From contig CP086569.2 in NCBI GenBank assembly GCA_009914755.4, forward strand, positions 11,328,001 to 11,392,000: a DNA stretch of 64,000 nt. Direction: 5' to 3'. Positions within the stretch are counted from its first letter, which is position 1. Each line of letters opens with the position of its first letter. The notes below the pieces were generated by a model. The model was given only the letters and a program-made list of their open reading frames with translations, had not been told where the DNA came from and made no database searches. Position numbers and translations under genes: made by a program. Source of the stretch: the human T2T-CHM13v2.0 reference genome, Homo sapiens. Shown one piece after another: positions 30,811 to 45,400 of this stretch.

Positions 30811-33049
30811 ACTGATATATTTTGTTTATTTTTTCTCCACTGCCCTTTCCTCTGCTTCTAGGCTTACCTAGACCACCACCATTCTTTCCCCCTTTCTAAA
30901 GTAAAAGTTGTTTTTTTTCTCACTAAATGCATGGTATTCTGCCCGTTTTCCATGGCTTCCCTCAGCCTTGCTCTGTTTATTCTTGCTCTCTTAAGAGGAA
31001 ATCCCTGCCTCTTCCGTGGCTTTTCCCACTTGGTCTACTTACTGGTTTCTGTTGTTCTCAGAGACACACTGAGACCTTTCACATCTCACTGTCACTTCTT
31101 GGAAGGGCTCTCTACCTCGTCTGCCTGCTGAGCAACCTCTTGGGGAGACACGGGCACTCCTGAGTCACTGAACTTGAGCTATTTGGTGTTGGTATGTTAA
31201 TTTATCTTCTTAGACCACTTACCACTTCCTTAACTTCAAAAGAGAAGAATAAGTATTATTTTCCATGGTCAATATGAAGAGTAGAAATAACTTATACAAA
31301 ATGCATTGCAGTTAAGTGATAATAAATGGCCGTGAATGCCCTTATTAATGTTATTCTATCAGTCTCAGCTCAGATACCATCTGCTCTGTGAGCTCTGCTC
31401 TGAATCATATCTGCTTCTTCTCTGGGTTTCTTGTGCTCTGTTCTTAACTACTTTAAAGCAGTAATTGTTCTGATTCTAATTAGTGATCCTTCCCAATAAA
31501 ATTTTAATTTCATAGATCTCTTCCCCCCACCCCTGCCCCAGCCTAACCAGTGTTTTCTTACTTTATTGTGTACAGGCTACATCACTGGTCTTCTTTTATT
31601 TGTGGCTAAATAAATGTTGTGTTAGAAGAGTAAAGAGTTCCCAGTTACATGGGATCTATAGTTCTACAAAATGAATGTATACATAATCCATGTAAATATT
31701 TCATTTATTTTAAGACAATTTTTTAATTTTTAAATTAAATTTAATTTGTTCATGTGTGTGAGACCAGAGTGAGAACAGAGATGGTGGCGGTGAGGGGTGG
31801 TGGTCTCACCATGTTGCCCAGGCTGGTCTTGAACTCCCCTTCAAGTGCCCCCCTCCTCACCTGGCCCTCCTCACCTTGCCTCCTCCCCTCTCACTCCTAT
31901 GCCAGCCCCTGCCATTCCCCACCCCCTCTGTAGACTGCAAGACTCAACAAGTGACTTGCTGAGCAAACTCTGCTGAGAAGAGGTCTGTTTAGGGACACAG
32001 GAGGCCAAGTACACAAAAAAGCAAAAGAACTAGCATGCCTTTTTCAATGGATGTCTATTTTACAGGGCTGGCTTCAGATTATTGTTATAGCTTTAAATAA
32101 AAGGACCGTTTTGTCATCTTGGCCCATGACCTACATTATTTCTTTACTGTCCATTGCCCTGGACACTTGACTAATTATTTAACAGCAGTTTTTTTTTTTT
32201 AATTTTAAATCATGATTCATTGCATTGCTGTAAGAGTAATTAGAGGTAAAGTAGGGCTTGAAACTGCCTGTAGTTGGTTACTTACTGAGATCTTAGCATA
32301 ATTGTCAGGTGAGAGGTTGAAGTTTTAATCAGCGCTAAGTGGGATATAAATTCGATGCACTGAAACTGCAGTGTCCAATTCAGTAGGCGCTAGCCACCTG
32401 TAACTGTTGAGCACTTGGAATCCTGGCTAGTCCTAATTGAGATGTGTTGTGTTAAATACACTGGATTTTGTCATTGGAGTGGGAAGAACAGTGTAGAATA
32501 TCTGCTTGATTTTTTTTTAATATTTATTACATGTTAAAATTATTACTATGATTACTATTTGGGACATACTGAGTTAAGTATATTTAAAATTAATTTCACC
32601 TTTTCTTTTAATGGGGCTTACCAGTACATTTAAAATTATGTACATGGCTCACATATTTATTGGACAGCACGGCTCTAGAAGTTTAGGAAGAAATAAGAAA
32701 AATATTGAGAATAGGTAGCGACAGTAGGAAGTTTTTCCTCCTGTAAGACTGAGTCCAATAAAACTAATAGGTGATAGTTTTAATTGGCTTTTCCTACTAG
32801 AAAAAGTAAGTGTACTTTACATGCCTCTTTGTTCTCCCTCTTTCCCCTTCAATTTAGTGGTTAGCATGTATTTACTACATCAGGCTTAATATTCACTAAG
32901 CAGTGTTAAGAAGACTTAGGTAAATGAAGATTGAGCCACTGTACTCCAGCCTGGAAGACAGAGCAAGACTCTGTCTCAAAAAAGAAAAAAAAAAAACCAT
33001 AATGCCACCTAATATCCAGTTTATACTTAAATTTCCCTAAGTGTCTGAA

Positions 33050-33335
33050 TAATTTTTTTTTTTTTGAAACAGAGTCTCAACTTTGTCACCCAGGATGGAG
33101 TGCAGTGTTGCGATCTCGGCTCACTGCAACCTCTGCCTCCCGGGTTGAAGTGATTCTCCTTCTTCAGCCTCCTGAGTAGCTGGGACTACAGGCCCACCTG
33201 TCGCCATGCCTGGCTAATTTTTTGTATTTTAGTAAAGATTTGTTTTCTGCCTCTTAGGAGCTTAGGACCACCAGGGTGGTCTGGAACTCCTAAGCTCAGG
33301 CAATCTGCTCACCTTGGCCCCTCAAAGTGCTACCA
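33050..33335 (-). mobile_element. Alu SINE
   Basis: poly-T, gaaacagagtctcaactttgtcacccaggatggagtgcagtg... Confidence 0.85.
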
Positions 33336-36099
33336 AGAATATCTTTATAGCTGGTATTTGTTTGTTTAGAGACAGATTTCATTCAAGATTCATGCATTTG
33401 GTTGTGATGTTTCTTGGTATTTTTTCTGAGACTTCTTGATAGATACCTGTCATGCACTGATAGAGAGTTATATCCTAACCATGTTTTGGACAGTTTTATC
33501 TCTGAATAATAGCTTTTGTCATTGTTTGTTGCCTGCTCACGGGAACACTGTTAATAATAGTCTTCTTCTTCAAAAAGTTTTAAAAGAGTTATTCAAGAAA
33601 TTCCTTTCACACTTTTCTTTATTCCTTTTTTAAGGGCCTAATATGCACCAGACATCATTTTTCTAGGTGATTGTGGATGAAATGGTGAAAAGGAAAGGCA
33701 AGAATGGAATTTCCTGCTAGTGGGAAGTAGAAGAGAGTATTAAAACTTTTTTCTTTCTAAGTCAAATCAGTGTCATATACATGAGAAAGCTAGGCAGTAT
33801 GGCATTATCAGCTTGGCTTTCTCCTTAAATGAAATAGAAAGTGCCCTGTTTTACTCAGACAGTGTTTTTTTTTTTTTTCTAAAAAGCTAAAAGAAGTTAA
33901 ATACTTTGAAAACAATTAATTTCTGTTCTAAATTATACAAATGTTATATTTGTAAAACTAGAGAAGTTTGTTCCATTGCTTCTACCAAGCATCCTAGCTT
34001 ATGTAGTTGGGGCAGCTAGAAATCTAATGAACAGAATGTATATTTTAGGCTTATATAAAGTATTCTGCAACATAAGCTCAAAAATACCCCCTACCCCCTT
34101 TTTGATAAAAATAAAGTTTACTACTAATAATCAAATACAGCCAGAGGTGTGCTGGGAGTGGAGGGGGACTGAGTGAAAGAAAGTAGGAATGGGGTAAAGG
34201 CTGGGGCAAAGAGCAGGCTCTCTCCCTGCAGGGGAATATCAGGGGCCTGAAGCCAAGTTAAATGACAGCATGACTTCAGGAGGCCAGATTTGAGGGCTTT
34301 TATCTAAGATGCAGCATCGGAGTTTGGTTTAAGAGAGTAGGAAGTGATACGTCTGTTACCCAAAGGACACTTCTCTTTTTAAAATAAATTACCTACAGAG
34401 TTTAGGCCAAAGAGGTGGGCAAGGTAGATTTGGGAAACTGTTGCTTGCTAATATCACCAAACGCTTTCTTTTTATACCTGGTGGAGGCTTTAATTGGGGC
34501 AAGGACATTTTTATATAAAGATAGAGAAAACAATCGCCTATGGAATTTGATTCCTTGCTCCATGCCCTCGCTAGCACCTCTCAAGATGCTTGATGATATT
34601 TAAAATTTCTTCATAGGGAAAAAACTTTTCATCCCACAATTAGAATCAGGCTTAACTTGCTTTTTGAAAAGGTAGTATGTAATTTGTGTTAAGATATAAA
34701 TTACCAAGATTTTTATATCTTGAAACAGATTTAGATGATAGAGTGTGGTAGGTGGTGGTGGTTGGTGGGAAGGGGTAGTTTTTTAGAGAGGGTATTAAGA
34801 GTTGGGATTTTCAATGTGAGAGAGGTGAAGGTTTGAAAATAAGTAAGAAAAGCACTAAAAGAGTGAAGTCAAGGGCCTCTGAGAGCCAGGATGATAGATT
34901 CTATTTCACAGTTTAACACAGGATCAGCATAGACCAAAGCAAGTTTGTAACTAAGGCAATGAAGATCATCTGTCTCCTCCCTTCCCCATTAATTGTGAAC
35001 TTTAGTTTTATAAGCTCCTAAGAGGCAGAAAACAAATTGGAGCCTCATCTTCTATTTGGGAATGTATGGCATGTATTTATTGTCCTAGGTGCTGGGTTTA
35101 TTTTTTTTCAGCTAATGACAGTTTTCCATGCTTTATGGTAAGTGACCATAAAGTAAGTGGTAAGTGACTTACCCTTCAGGCAGTTCAGCCCAGGACAGTC
35201 AGCAGAAGACTGTTTCCAGACCCCACCTGCTAGTTACAGATCATCCCTGATAGAGCAGAGAGGGGTGACCAGGTAGTAACTTTATAGTCACTGGAGGCAA
35301 AGCCCATTTTTGGACAGTTCATTGAGGGCTTACAGATAAAAGGTTCACAAATTATGCAGTGAGCTGGATGGAGTGTGAAGTGTATTTATGGGTCGTGCAC
35401 ATACATAATAGGTTTACTTTTTGAGACTTGAAAACATGTTTTAACCTTAACCTAGGATTCCCACCTGATTTAAACCTCTTATTTCTCTAATGTCAGCCAA
35501 AAATGTGAGTATGACATACAAAGAGAAATACATCAAGGACTTTTCATCCTCATAGTTTGCCAGTGATGGTGGAGAGTGTCAGAATTGGTGAGTAGCCTAA
35601 TCAAACCTTCTTGCTCTGCATGCAGTGGCAGACAGTCCCTTTGCTGTTTCTTTGGGGCATGCAGACTAATAAAGTGACACCATCATTTTATCTCTCAGTG
35701 AGCAGTAGTTTTAATGCTACTGCAGTGGTGGGAGCACTGGGTGTTGTCGTCCTCACCTGAGGACAAGCAGCTTTGTTTTGGATCATGCATCTGTTATTGT
35801 GATGGAGCCATTTATTTTTCAGGGAATGATGCCAAATGATGTTTGTCCCTTTGCTTTACATTTTTATAGCTAGGTCTTTGAAGCTGAACTGGAGGAACTT
35901 CTTAGCCAATACTGTCTTCTCAAACCAAAAGTTGACAGTTGCAGAAGACACGTTTTTTAGTGTCATGGCAACCAAGCAACATATTGCCTTAAATTAAATT
36001 TAGAGGTTGAGCATCCCTAGTCTGAAAAATCTGAAATTTGAAATGCTTCAAAATCTGAAACTTTTTGAGCACTGACATGACACCACATGTGGATTTTGA

Positions 36100-37280
36100 T
36101 GTACCAGTCAAAGTGCAGGTGAATAACACACAGTTTATTTGATGTTCTCTAGTGAAAAAAGACCCTCTCAGCCCCCTTCAGCTGCAGTATAACTTTTCTA
36201 CACATGCTCAGATTTCCCCATGCAAGCACACACACAAAGGGTCACAGAATGGCACATGTGCAAGCTGGACACGCCAATGGCAGGATTCCCACAGATGGGA
36301 CCTAAGTGCTTTACTCATTGTGTATTTTTGCTTATTCTCTGCTCTGTGGTGTTAACATACTGAAAATGTCAATAAGGCCTGTAGATATCCCTGCGAGCAG
36401 CAATGATAAGGAAAAGTAGAAACACTTAGAACACAGAAAGTCAAGCTGTTGCAGAAATTGAACTGTAGTGTAAAGGTATAGATGACATGGTGAAAATGTG
36501 TGATAGAGATATTGAAGATATTGAAGGACTAGAGCTACCTGCATTCATAACAGAACAAGAGGTCATGTCAGCTTATAAAATTAAAGAGAGACTTCCAAGA
36601 CAAAAGCCCTTGATAATGAGGCAGATGACTCTGGAGAAACATTATAAAAAGCCATCTGGCAGAATGCCTCCTCAGCCTCAGAGGACTCACCTCCTAGTTG
36701 CTCAACTCCTGATATTTCTTCTCACCTAAAAAAAGAAAAAAATACAATGTACAGTAACCTTTTAATCAAAATGCAGCCTTGTAGGTGGAGCCTGAAAGCT
36801 TGCCATTGTTTATACAGCTGTTTAACAGCTGATGCAGGTATTCTGGTGATGCTACTGTGTTGCTTATTGTTTTTTACTGTATTAATGGCATGTCATATTT
36901 TTACTTATGTGTGAATAATTGTGTGAAAATGATTGCTCATCAGTAGCATATAAATTCAGAGTCAAAAATGATGGTCAGTGACGTCAGACAGCCACAAGTT
37001 TTCCACATGGAAGCTGAGATAGTGACACCTTTGCTTTCTGATGGTTCCATGTACACAAACTTTGTTTCATTCACAAAATTATTTGAAATATTATATAAAA
37101 TTACCTTTGGGCTATGTGTATAAGATATATGAAACATAAGTGAATTTCACGTTTAGACTTGGGTCTCATCGCCAAGATATCTCACGTAGATGCAAATATT
37201 ATAAAATCCAAAAAAAAATTCCGAAACCCTAAACACTTCTGGTTCCAAACATTTCAGATAAGGGATACTCAATCTGCATA
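36100..37280. mobile_element. possible DNA-transposon (pogo/Tigger-like) remnant with an acidic ORF fragment (tentative)
   Basis: ORF 36487..36729 (..DIEDIEGLELPAFITEQEV..) followed by ~550 bp of AT-rich non-coding sequence ending ..ccaaacatttcagataagggatactcaatctg. Overall layout resembles a Tigger 3' part. No TIR match was verified. Confidence 0.25.
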
Positions 37281-37559
37281 TATAAAATATTTATGTATCA
37301 CATACATAGTATGTATATAATATGAATTTCCATTCCTCTACAGGTTACTATTCTGGTACATTCCCGTTATATTCTGTTTATCAGACTGCAACTAAAACTT
37401 TCATGGGTTCAGCTTTATGTTGAACAGAATTTGCAGAATTATGAGTTGAAGCAAACCCTAGTTTGATAATGCTATGATTCTCCTAAATCACCAAAGTGCA
37501 TGAAATGATTTTAAAGCTCCAGAAATACTGAAGCAACTTTGTGACAGAAAATTATTAGT

Positions 37560-37902
<343 letters not shown>

Positions 37903-38384
37903 TAAATTATATCTGAAAATCTCTTAGCAATCCAGAATTTTACAAGTGACTAATTAAGTTGTGAGTTCTTACCTTTTTAAAAAAACAGAGTAGTTTTACT
38001 CTCCTTTTCAGCACTTAAATTCTGTAATCCTTGAAGGATGGGTCTTTAGTGTAGTCATTTATTTTTGGTGTGCTAATATGCTCTGCATATAGCTTGATCG
38101 TAAGTGCAGTTTTAAGTTTTCCTGTGTCATACTGTAATGATAGGGTTGGCTCTGCAATTATTGCCCTGCGGTACTTTGCTGAAGTTATAGCACAGCAAAT
38201 ATTAGGATTTCTAAAACAGCTTTATTGGCAGTTCACATGCCATGTAATTCACCCACTCGAAGTATATAGTTCAGTGGTTTTTAGTATATTCACAGATGTT
38301 GGGAACCAACACTCCAATCAATTTTAGAATTGTTTTTCCACCTCAAAAAAAAATCCTATGCCCTTTAGGTTATTTTCTTTCTAT

Positions 38385-38560
38385 TTATTTATTTATTTAT
38401 TTTAAGAGATGGGGTCTTGCTCAGTCGACCAGCCCAGGCTGGAGTACAGTTGTGTAATCATAGCTTAGTGCAGCCTTGAACTCCTGGGCTCAAGATATCC
38501 TCCCATCTCAGCCTCCCTAGTAGCTAGGATTACAGGCATGGACCACAACACCCTGCCTCC
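38385..38560 (-). mobile_element. Alu fragment
   Basis: (TTTA)n then gagatggggtcttgctcagtcgaccagcccaggctggagtacag... Confidence 0.7.
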
Positions 38561-38569
38561 TGTGCCGTT

Positions 38570-39950
38570 TAGCTTTCAATTCTGTCTCTCCACATACATC
38601 ATCTGCACCCCCGCAGTTGTAGCACTGGCAATCACCAATCTTTCTGCCTCTGGATTCCCTATTGTGTGTTTCATATAAATGGGATTATCTATCATATGGG
38701 CTTTTGTTACTGGATTCTTTCACTTGGCATAATGCTTGCAAGGTTTGTCTATGCTGTGACATGTATCAGTACTTACTTTTTATGGCCACATGATACTCTG
38801 TTACATGGATACACTGGATTTTGTTTATGCACTTGTCATTTGATGGATATTTAGGACATTGTTTACCCCTTTTGGTTATTATGAATAATGCTGCTATAAA
38901 CATTGGTGTATAAGTTTTTGTGTAGACATTTGTCTTCGGTGTTTATCTAGGAGCAGAATTGCTCAGATGCATATAACTGTCTAATTGAGGAACTGCCAAA
39001 CTACTTTTTGAAATGGCTGCATTATTTTTTATTCCCTCCAGCAGTGTATTAAAATTTCAGTTTCTCCACATCTTCACAAACACTTACTGTGTGACTTTTT
39101 AATTGTAGCTATTATAATGTATGTGAAATTGTATCTCCTTGTGGTTTTGATTTGTATTTTCCTATTGAAGGTAATGTCCAGTGTCTTTTCTCATGCTTAT
39201 TGGCCATGTGTATATCTTCTTTGGGGAAATATTTGTTGAGATCTTTTGTCATTTTTTTTTTCCTGTTAGGGATCATTTTATTTTAAAAACAATAGACTTT
39301 TTTTTAGCAGTTTTAGAAAAAATAGAGAGAAAAGTGCAGAGAGTCCACATATGCTCCCCTACAGTGCCCCCGCCCAGTTTTCCCAACTCTTAACACCTTG
39401 CGCTACTGTGCTAAATTGATTAGATTTGATGAACTGATACTTATATCTGAAATTCATAGTTTACTTCAGGGTTCACTCTGTGTTTTATAGATTTTTGGAT
39501 TTGACAAATGTATAATGTCATGTACCTACCATTACAGTATTATGTAGAACAGTTTCATTGCCCTAAAAATCTCCTGTGCTCCACTGAGTCATTCCTCCCC
39601 CTCCTCTTCCTCCCAAACCCCCGGTCATTACTAATCTTTTTACTCTCTAATTTTGCCTCTCCCAGAATGTCATATAATAGGATCATGTAGTATGTATCCT
39701 TTTCAGACTGGCTTCTTTCACCCAGCAGTATACATTTAGGGTTCTTCTGTGCTTTTTCATGGCTTGATAGCTCATTTTTTAAATTGCAGAATAATATTCC
39801 ATTTGTTTGCATGTATTGAAGTTTGTTTATCCATTCTTGAATTATCTATCTCTAATTGGGTTGTTTTGTCTTTTTATTACAGAATTGTAATTGTTCCTTA
39901 TGTACGCCAGACACAAATCCCTTGTGTTCATCAGGGTTGCAGGATACAAG
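38570..39950 (-). mobile_element. LINE-1 3' end region, antisense
   Basis: '..ccacatgatactctgttacatggatacactggattttgtttatgcacttgtcatttgatggatatttagg..' is the L1 antisense 3' end. Confidence 0.7.
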
Positions 39951-40920
39951 GTCAATATACAAAAATCAATAGTATTTGACACACTTTAACTGAGTACTAC
40001 ATACTCACAATGAGCAATCAGAAAATGAAATTAAGAAAGCAACTTCATTTATCATAGCATCAACAAGAATAAAATACTGATACATTTAAGAAGTGTAAAA
40101 CTTGTACTCTGAAAACTATAGAAGATTGTTGAAAGAAATGAAAGAAGATCTAAATAAACGTAAAAGTATCCCATGATCATGGACCTAAGGCTTAACATTG
40201 TTAAGAAGGCAATACTCCCTAAACTCATCTACAGATTTAACTTCATCCCTGTCAGAATCCCAGATGAGTTCTCTGTAAAATGGACAAGCTGACTCTGAAA
40301 TTCATATGGAATTGCAAAGGACTAAGAATAGCCAAAATAATCTTTTGAAAATGAGAACAAAGTAGGAGAACTCATACTTACTGACTTTAAAACTTACTAC
40401 AAGTCAGTGGTAATCAGGACAATATAATACTGGCAGAAGGATAGATGTATAGACCAGTGGGATAGAATTGAGAGTCAGATATGAACCCATACATATATAA
40501 CCACTGCTTTTGACAAGGGTGCCAAGATTATTCAGTGGGGAAAGAAGTTTGAGAACTGGCACAAGGACAACTAGATATGTAAACATATGCAAAACCTGCA
40601 GTAGGACCTTTACCCAACACCATATACAAAAACTATGGATGCAAAAAAAAAAAAAAAAATGGATCAAATGGATCCATTTTGAGCTAATCCACGTAAATGT
40701 AAGGACTAAAACTATAAAATCCTGAGAAGCAAACATAGGAGTAAATTGTCATGACCTTGAATTTGACAAAGTTTTCTTAAATATGAGACCAGCAACAAGA
40801 ATAAAAATTGATGAACTGGACTTCATCAAAATTAAACATTTTTGCACTTCAAAGGACACCATCAAGAAAGTGAAAAGACAACTCACAAGATGGAAGAAAA
40901 TACTTGTAAATCATGTGTAG
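39950..40920 (+). mobile_element. LINE-1 ORF2 C-terminal part, sense
   Basis: Frame translations contain LKFIWN.KG.RIAK, TLPDFK.YYKA, DQWNRIES, NKWCWENW, KLDPYLTPYTKINS, VKRQ..WEKIFANH. Confidence 0.8.
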
Positions 40921-40949
40921 CACTTTTTGATGATAAACTTGAGGAAGAC

Positions 40950-41240
40950 TTTTATTTTTTATTTTTATTATACTTTAAGTTCTAGGGTACATGTGCACAA
41001 TGTGCAGGTTTGTTACATATGTATACATTTGCCATGTTGGTGTGCCGCACCCACTATCTCATCATTTACATTAGGTATATCTCCTAATGCTATCCCTCCT
41101 CCCTCCCCCCACCCCACGACAGGCCCCTGTGTGTGATGTTCCCCATCCTGTGTCCGAGTGTTCCCACTGTTCAATTTCCACCTACGAGTGAGAACATGTG
41201 GTGTTTGGTTTTCTGTCCTTGCGATAGTTTGCTCAGAATG
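40950..41240 (-). mobile_element. young L1PA 3' end fragment, antisense
   Basis: tattatactttaagttctagggtacatgtgcacaatgtgcaggtttgttacatatgtatacatttgccatgttggtgtgc..gtgagaacatgtggtgtttggtttt. Confidence 0.85.
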
Positions 41241-42339
41241 ATGGTTTCCATATATGTATATATGTCAGTTGCCAGGACTGCTGGGCAAGCCTGGGAAAGA
41301 GAGTACCTGGGGAAAGCAGCCTCCTGCTCCCCCGTGCCTTCTTTGAGCCTGATGTTCATTTGATGTGGTACTATATAATTACATCCAGTTTACCCTTTGA
41401 AATTCCTTGATTGTTCTTTTCTATATCCTTGACACTGTCCTTTTACAGACCACATAATCTTATCTGGAATACTACAACAGTTTTCTTTTCTCAGTGCTTT
41501 TAGGATAACCTGTCAAAAACTCATCTGGCTATAGTAGTACCTGCTTGCAACCTTTTAATTACTCCCCATTCCCTACCAGGCTGTGTAGCTCACTTGAGCT
41601 CTGCTAGGTGGTGAGGGAATCTGGGTCCTTTTTCTGGTATTTGAATTCAGTGCTACGTAGGTTACTGGCTGGGTTGACAATCTGAAATTGTAAATCATGA
41701 GTATTCTATGTAGATAGTCTGTCATGATTTAAAATAAAACATTGATATGTCAAAGATCATGGTGATGTGAGGTTGGGTATTGTCTGTGAGAATTAATTGA
41801 GGAAATTTAAATTATATGGTTTTATTTACATAGAGTGTATAACAACTAGTTAAGGGATAGATGTCTTCTTATCTGACTTTCAAGTATCTAAGAGTGGATT
41901 ATTGTGCTTGTTAAAGTTCTGGGAACCATGGCTATTTTCTGAAAATACCTCAGTGATGACAAATGAATGACTACCAGCCTCTTGTAACATTAGGACTCCA
42001 GTTCATCCCTTTGCTTCATAAGTGTGTCTTTTCCTTTTGTATATATTTGCTTTAGTGTAGAAAATAGGTTTTCTTGATTAGAAATCTAAGAAGAATAAAT
42101 TGAAAACTGGAGATTTTTCTATTGCTTTGGATTACCAAAATTAATGTAATTTGGCACTATATCCCTGTGCCATTATTGTCTCTCTGGTAGGTAGATGGTA
42201 GGGTTTTGGGTGATTAAATATTTTTCCCCTATTTTGCTTATTTAATGGGCATATGTTTGTATTAAAAGGGAAAATAAATAGGAATGTAGAAGATGTTAAC
42301 TAATCGTGAAAGTTATTGGGAAGGGTTACCTAATTTAAA

Positions 42340-42495
42340 AGTTGGCCAGCCATGGCAGCTCTGCCTGTAGTCCCAGCTGTGGGGGAGGCTGAGGCAAGAG
42401 GATGGCTTGAGTTCAGGGGATGGAGGTTACAGTGAGCTATGATTGTGCCACTGCATTTCAGCCTGAGGGACAGCGCCAGACCCTGTCTCAGAAAA
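42340..42495 (+). mobile_element. Alu right-arm fragment
   Basis: ..cctgtagtcccagctgtgggggaggctgaggcaagaggatggcttgag..gtgccactgcatttcagcctgagggacag.. Confidence 0.7.
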
Positions 42496-45400
42496 ACCTA
42501 GAACAGCAACAAACAGAGAGAGGAGCCTGGACGGATTGAGCAATATTAGTGTCCGGGAGCTGCTGTAGTGATGGCTTACGACATCAGGAATTTATTCTCT
42601 CACAGTTCTGGAGGCCACAAGTCCAAAATCAAGGTGTGGGCAGAAATGCGCTCCCTCTGCAGTCTCTTGGGGAGGATGCTTGTTTCTTCCAGCTTTGCGA
42701 CTGTGGTGCCTGCCGCCATTGGAACCAGCTCTGCACGGCTCAGACCTGGGTGATGAGGACACAGCTTTGCAGGTGGGCAGCCACATCCCCAGGGGGAGAC
42801 TGTGAGCCTGTGGCAGGGTAGGGGCCACCAGGGCAGGGGCTCCACATTGTTGCCCCTGAGCTCCTGGGGCTTGTGGAGAAAGACAGGTGGATGCACACAT
42901 ACTGCAGCTCCTTGGATCTGAGCCTTGGTTTCCCTACCTGTGAAATGGGCACCCATGGCAGCTTAGAAGTGTCTGGGAGCATCCCCTGTGGGGGAATGTG
43001 TGGGGGCTGCTGGGGCACAGTCATGGGAAACCCCAGTCCCCCTCTCCATGTGCTTCCCTCAATGATCCCTGATGACAGCAGTCCTGCCCCCGAACAGAAA
43101 GGGGCATTCCTGTGAGTTCCTTGTGTGGGGGACTGGTCACAGAGACTCCCCAAGTGCAGGGCAGGGTGGAGGGAGGCTGAGGGGTGGTTGAATGGACAGG
43201 AGAAGAGCTCTCTCCAGTTCCTCGGATCTGGTTGGCCTGGGGAGCATCCATCTGGGCAGGCAGCTGGCAGGGCTGGTGGCTGAGCCACTGTGGCTTGGGG
43301 ACCCCAGGCCAGGACAGAGTAGGGTGGGCAGGGAAAGCAGAGTGTGAGCATATGGGGCAGGACAGGTGTCTCCTGGACAGAAAGAGCCCTGGTCACTCAT
43401 GGCTGCAGCATAGCCATGGCGACAGGAAAGTGCTGCTGTACATTGTGCTCCTGGGGCTGGCTCCCAATGGACAGCCAACAGCATCTCCCCCATTGTACTG
43501 TGGGATGCTGGCAGTGGTGCTGGGCACTGAGGTAAGAGCCTTGGCAAGCCCTTCGCTCTCTGGGTGTGATACCTTGGGCTCCTGGATGCCTGGGTTTCCG
43601 TGTCCTATTTTTCCCATGGAAGATGTTTGGGGTGCTCCCAGGAAATGGGGAGGGCCCTGGGGGGTCAGGATTGTATTATTAAAGCCAGAAAGTCTGGGGT
43701 TCCATTTTTAGCACAAGGCAGGCAGCCCATGAGCCCCAGCCCAGTGGCCAGCCTGTGTGGGAGGGGAGTGGGGGTCTGAAGGAGTGAGGCTTCTGTTACT
43801 GCAGGCTCCACTGCAGCCCTCCAGGGTGGCCCGTGTTGGCTGGAGAGCGGGCACTGCACCAGGGGCTCTGGCGCTGACCTTGAGCCATGCATCTAATGCC
43901 TGTGAGAGTGATCTCTAGGAACCACTGCACAAGGGGGCAGATGAGGGAACCCTGACATGGGACAGCCGAGGGCGACCCCAACACGGAGGGGGCAGCTGTG
44001 TCCAGGCTCCACTGGATTCCGCAGAGTACAGAACACAGCTCTGACTCCAGGGTGTGGGCTCACTGAAGGACAGGACAGGCTGGGGTTGGGAGAGGGCCAA
44101 GCTGCAGCTGGGCCAGATCCCACCTGCACCCCTCAGATGGCAGGGCCTGGACGTCTCCATCCCCACCCTGACCCGGTCAGTAACAGCCATGGGCTAGCAG
44201 CCCCCAGCAACCCCTCCCTCTGTGAACTGCCAAGGACAGGAGGTACCACAGTCTCTTCCAGGCAAGAGCTGCTGGAGCCTTCTTTATTCTTGTGCTAGAA
44301 GCCCAGGGTGGGGAGAGGAGCCTGAGAAGAGCCCAGTGTGGGCATCCACCTTCCTGCCCACTTTGGAGGTCTGAATCACCTCCGGCCACTCTCCCAATCC
44401 CCAGGAGCCCAGAGGCTTCCTGGAGCAAGCCACACCTGATCTCCACCATGGGTAGGAGTTCAAGGCCAAGACAACAGGGACTCCAAAGAGGGGCCTGTGG
44501 GTTAGCAGCAGCTGCCAGTGTCCAGATGGCCTCAGGGGTGGGGGTTGGACAATCTGGAGGTCAGCAGGGAATTCAGCATGAGGAGACAGCCCTTAGGGTT
44601 CTGGCCCAGCAGCCCCAGGTGCTGGCTCTGCACTGAGTCATGAAGTTTGTGGGCCAGGGGAGGTGGCCTCTCTCTAGCTGAGAGTGATTTCCATCACTGC
44701 TGTCATTAGCCTCCCCTGCATCAACCTGTCCCTGGGGTGCGAGCACAGTGGGCACAGGGACCCTCAGGCCTTAGTTTTCCCTGCTGTAAAATGCATGTGA
44801 TAGGCTGTCATGAGGTCTGAAGGAGTTAAAACCTGCCATGTGCTCAGGATGACACCTAGCTCGGTTCCTCCTAGCCTGGTGCCACCATCCGGCATCAGAG
44901 ATTAAATACTTCTCCCAGGCCCCCTCCTCTGGCACCCCCCACACTCAGCTCTCCATCAGCCACCCCCTCCAGGGTGGGACAAGGAGGTCCTGAGCCTGCT
45001 GGGGACCTGACAGGGCTGGGCAGCGCCACCTGGGCCTGGGCGATAATGGGAGCCTGAGTGTGGGGCCTGCATGGAGGGAGCCATTGTTTCTTGGGCCTCT
45101 TAGTGGCTACTTCCCTAGAGTCTGGGAGAAGTGCTGCTGTTCAAGAGGGGACAGTGCCAGCAGCTCCTTCTGAGGCTGGGGTGGGCACAGCGTGGAGGGG
45201 CCTCACCTCCACCCACCTCCCATGGAGGTTCCTGGCTCTCCTGGAGGACTCCTTGCTACTGGGCTGAGGCTGGCACCAGGGCTGACCAGGCCCAGGATGG
45301 TGTTGGACAACCTGCATCCCCCTGCAGCAGGCAGGGAGGGCACTGCAGCCACCACCCACCCACACATGACCCCTCCCTGGCCATCGTGTCTAGGGTGGCA

